From a virus (Duplodnaviria > Heunggongvirae > Uroviricota > Caudoviricetes), in the IMG/VR virus record IMGVR_UViG_3300008267_000033, positions 1 to 64,000 of that record: a DNA stretch of 64,000 nucleotides; one strand, 5' to 3'. The translations under genes and the position numbers were made by a program. Numbering within the stretch: position 1 is the stretch's first letter; each line of letters starts with the position of its first letter. Below are positions 63,990-64,000 of this stretch, piece after piece. The notes beneath the pieces are model-generated. The model was not told the origin of the DNA, searched no databases, and saw only the letters and a program-made list of their open reading frames with translations.

Positions 63990-64000
63990 ATTACGTGCAT

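Noticed and set aside
1-64000. Prophage, transposon or CRISPR content
   Set aside because: No integrase, transposase, terminal inverted repeats of IS type or CRISPR repeat-spacer array seen; the repeats present are promoter cassettes and tRNA-flanking motifs

Overview
This 64 kb window is dense, mostly minus-strand coding sequence that looks like a hyperplastic accessory region of a large virulent dsDNA phage (T4-like or jumbo-phage style). That assignment is an inference from gene content; no structural, integrase or transposase genes are present.

Three things dominate the window:
- A tRNA array of about 29 genes at 26.7-37.1 kb, all on the minus strand. It includes an initiator tRNA-fMet, a tRNA-His with G-1, and a Gln-like tRNA with a weak 1:72 pair. 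It is interrupted by small protein genes and by GC-rich non-coding islands.
- A large set of glycan and nucleotide-sugar modification genes with striking paralog expansions: five proteins with a GT10-like glycosyltransferase motif, six SGNH/GDSL-like hydrolases, two amidinotransferases, two or three DegT-like aminotransferases, three radical SAM enzymes (two of the B12-binding class B type), plus FkbM and TylF-like methyltransferases, a carbamoyltransferase, an epimerase and a cytidylyltransferase.
- Nucleotide-metabolism and early-gene functions: ThyX, MazG, an RNase H/FEN, GTP cyclohydrolase I (FolE), 6-carboxytetrahydropterin synthase (QueD), a QueE-like radical SAM enzyme, a CobS-like AAA ATPase paired with a VWA/metallopeptidase protein, a GIY-YIG nuclease, an RpoZ-like protein, a rubrerythrin and a Bax-inhibitor-1 family protein.

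The most unusual signals:
- A 14-nt leader/trailer inverted-repeat motif that brackets the spacers between tRNAs.
- At least ten near-consensus sigma70 promoter cassettes (TTGACC, 17-nt spacer, TATAAT). Three share an identical 24-nt 5' UTR. Several are preceded by an 18-bp palindrome.
- About 0.8 kb of GC-rich non-coding sequence inside the tRNA array that may encode structured RNA.
- An 875-aa protein built from tandem ~65-aa repeats.

All coordinates, anticodons and family assignments were derived by eye from the sequence and are tentative where stated. Some track ORFs start at TTG/GTG rather than ATG; several starts were moved to the nearest in-frame ATG with a ribosome-binding site.
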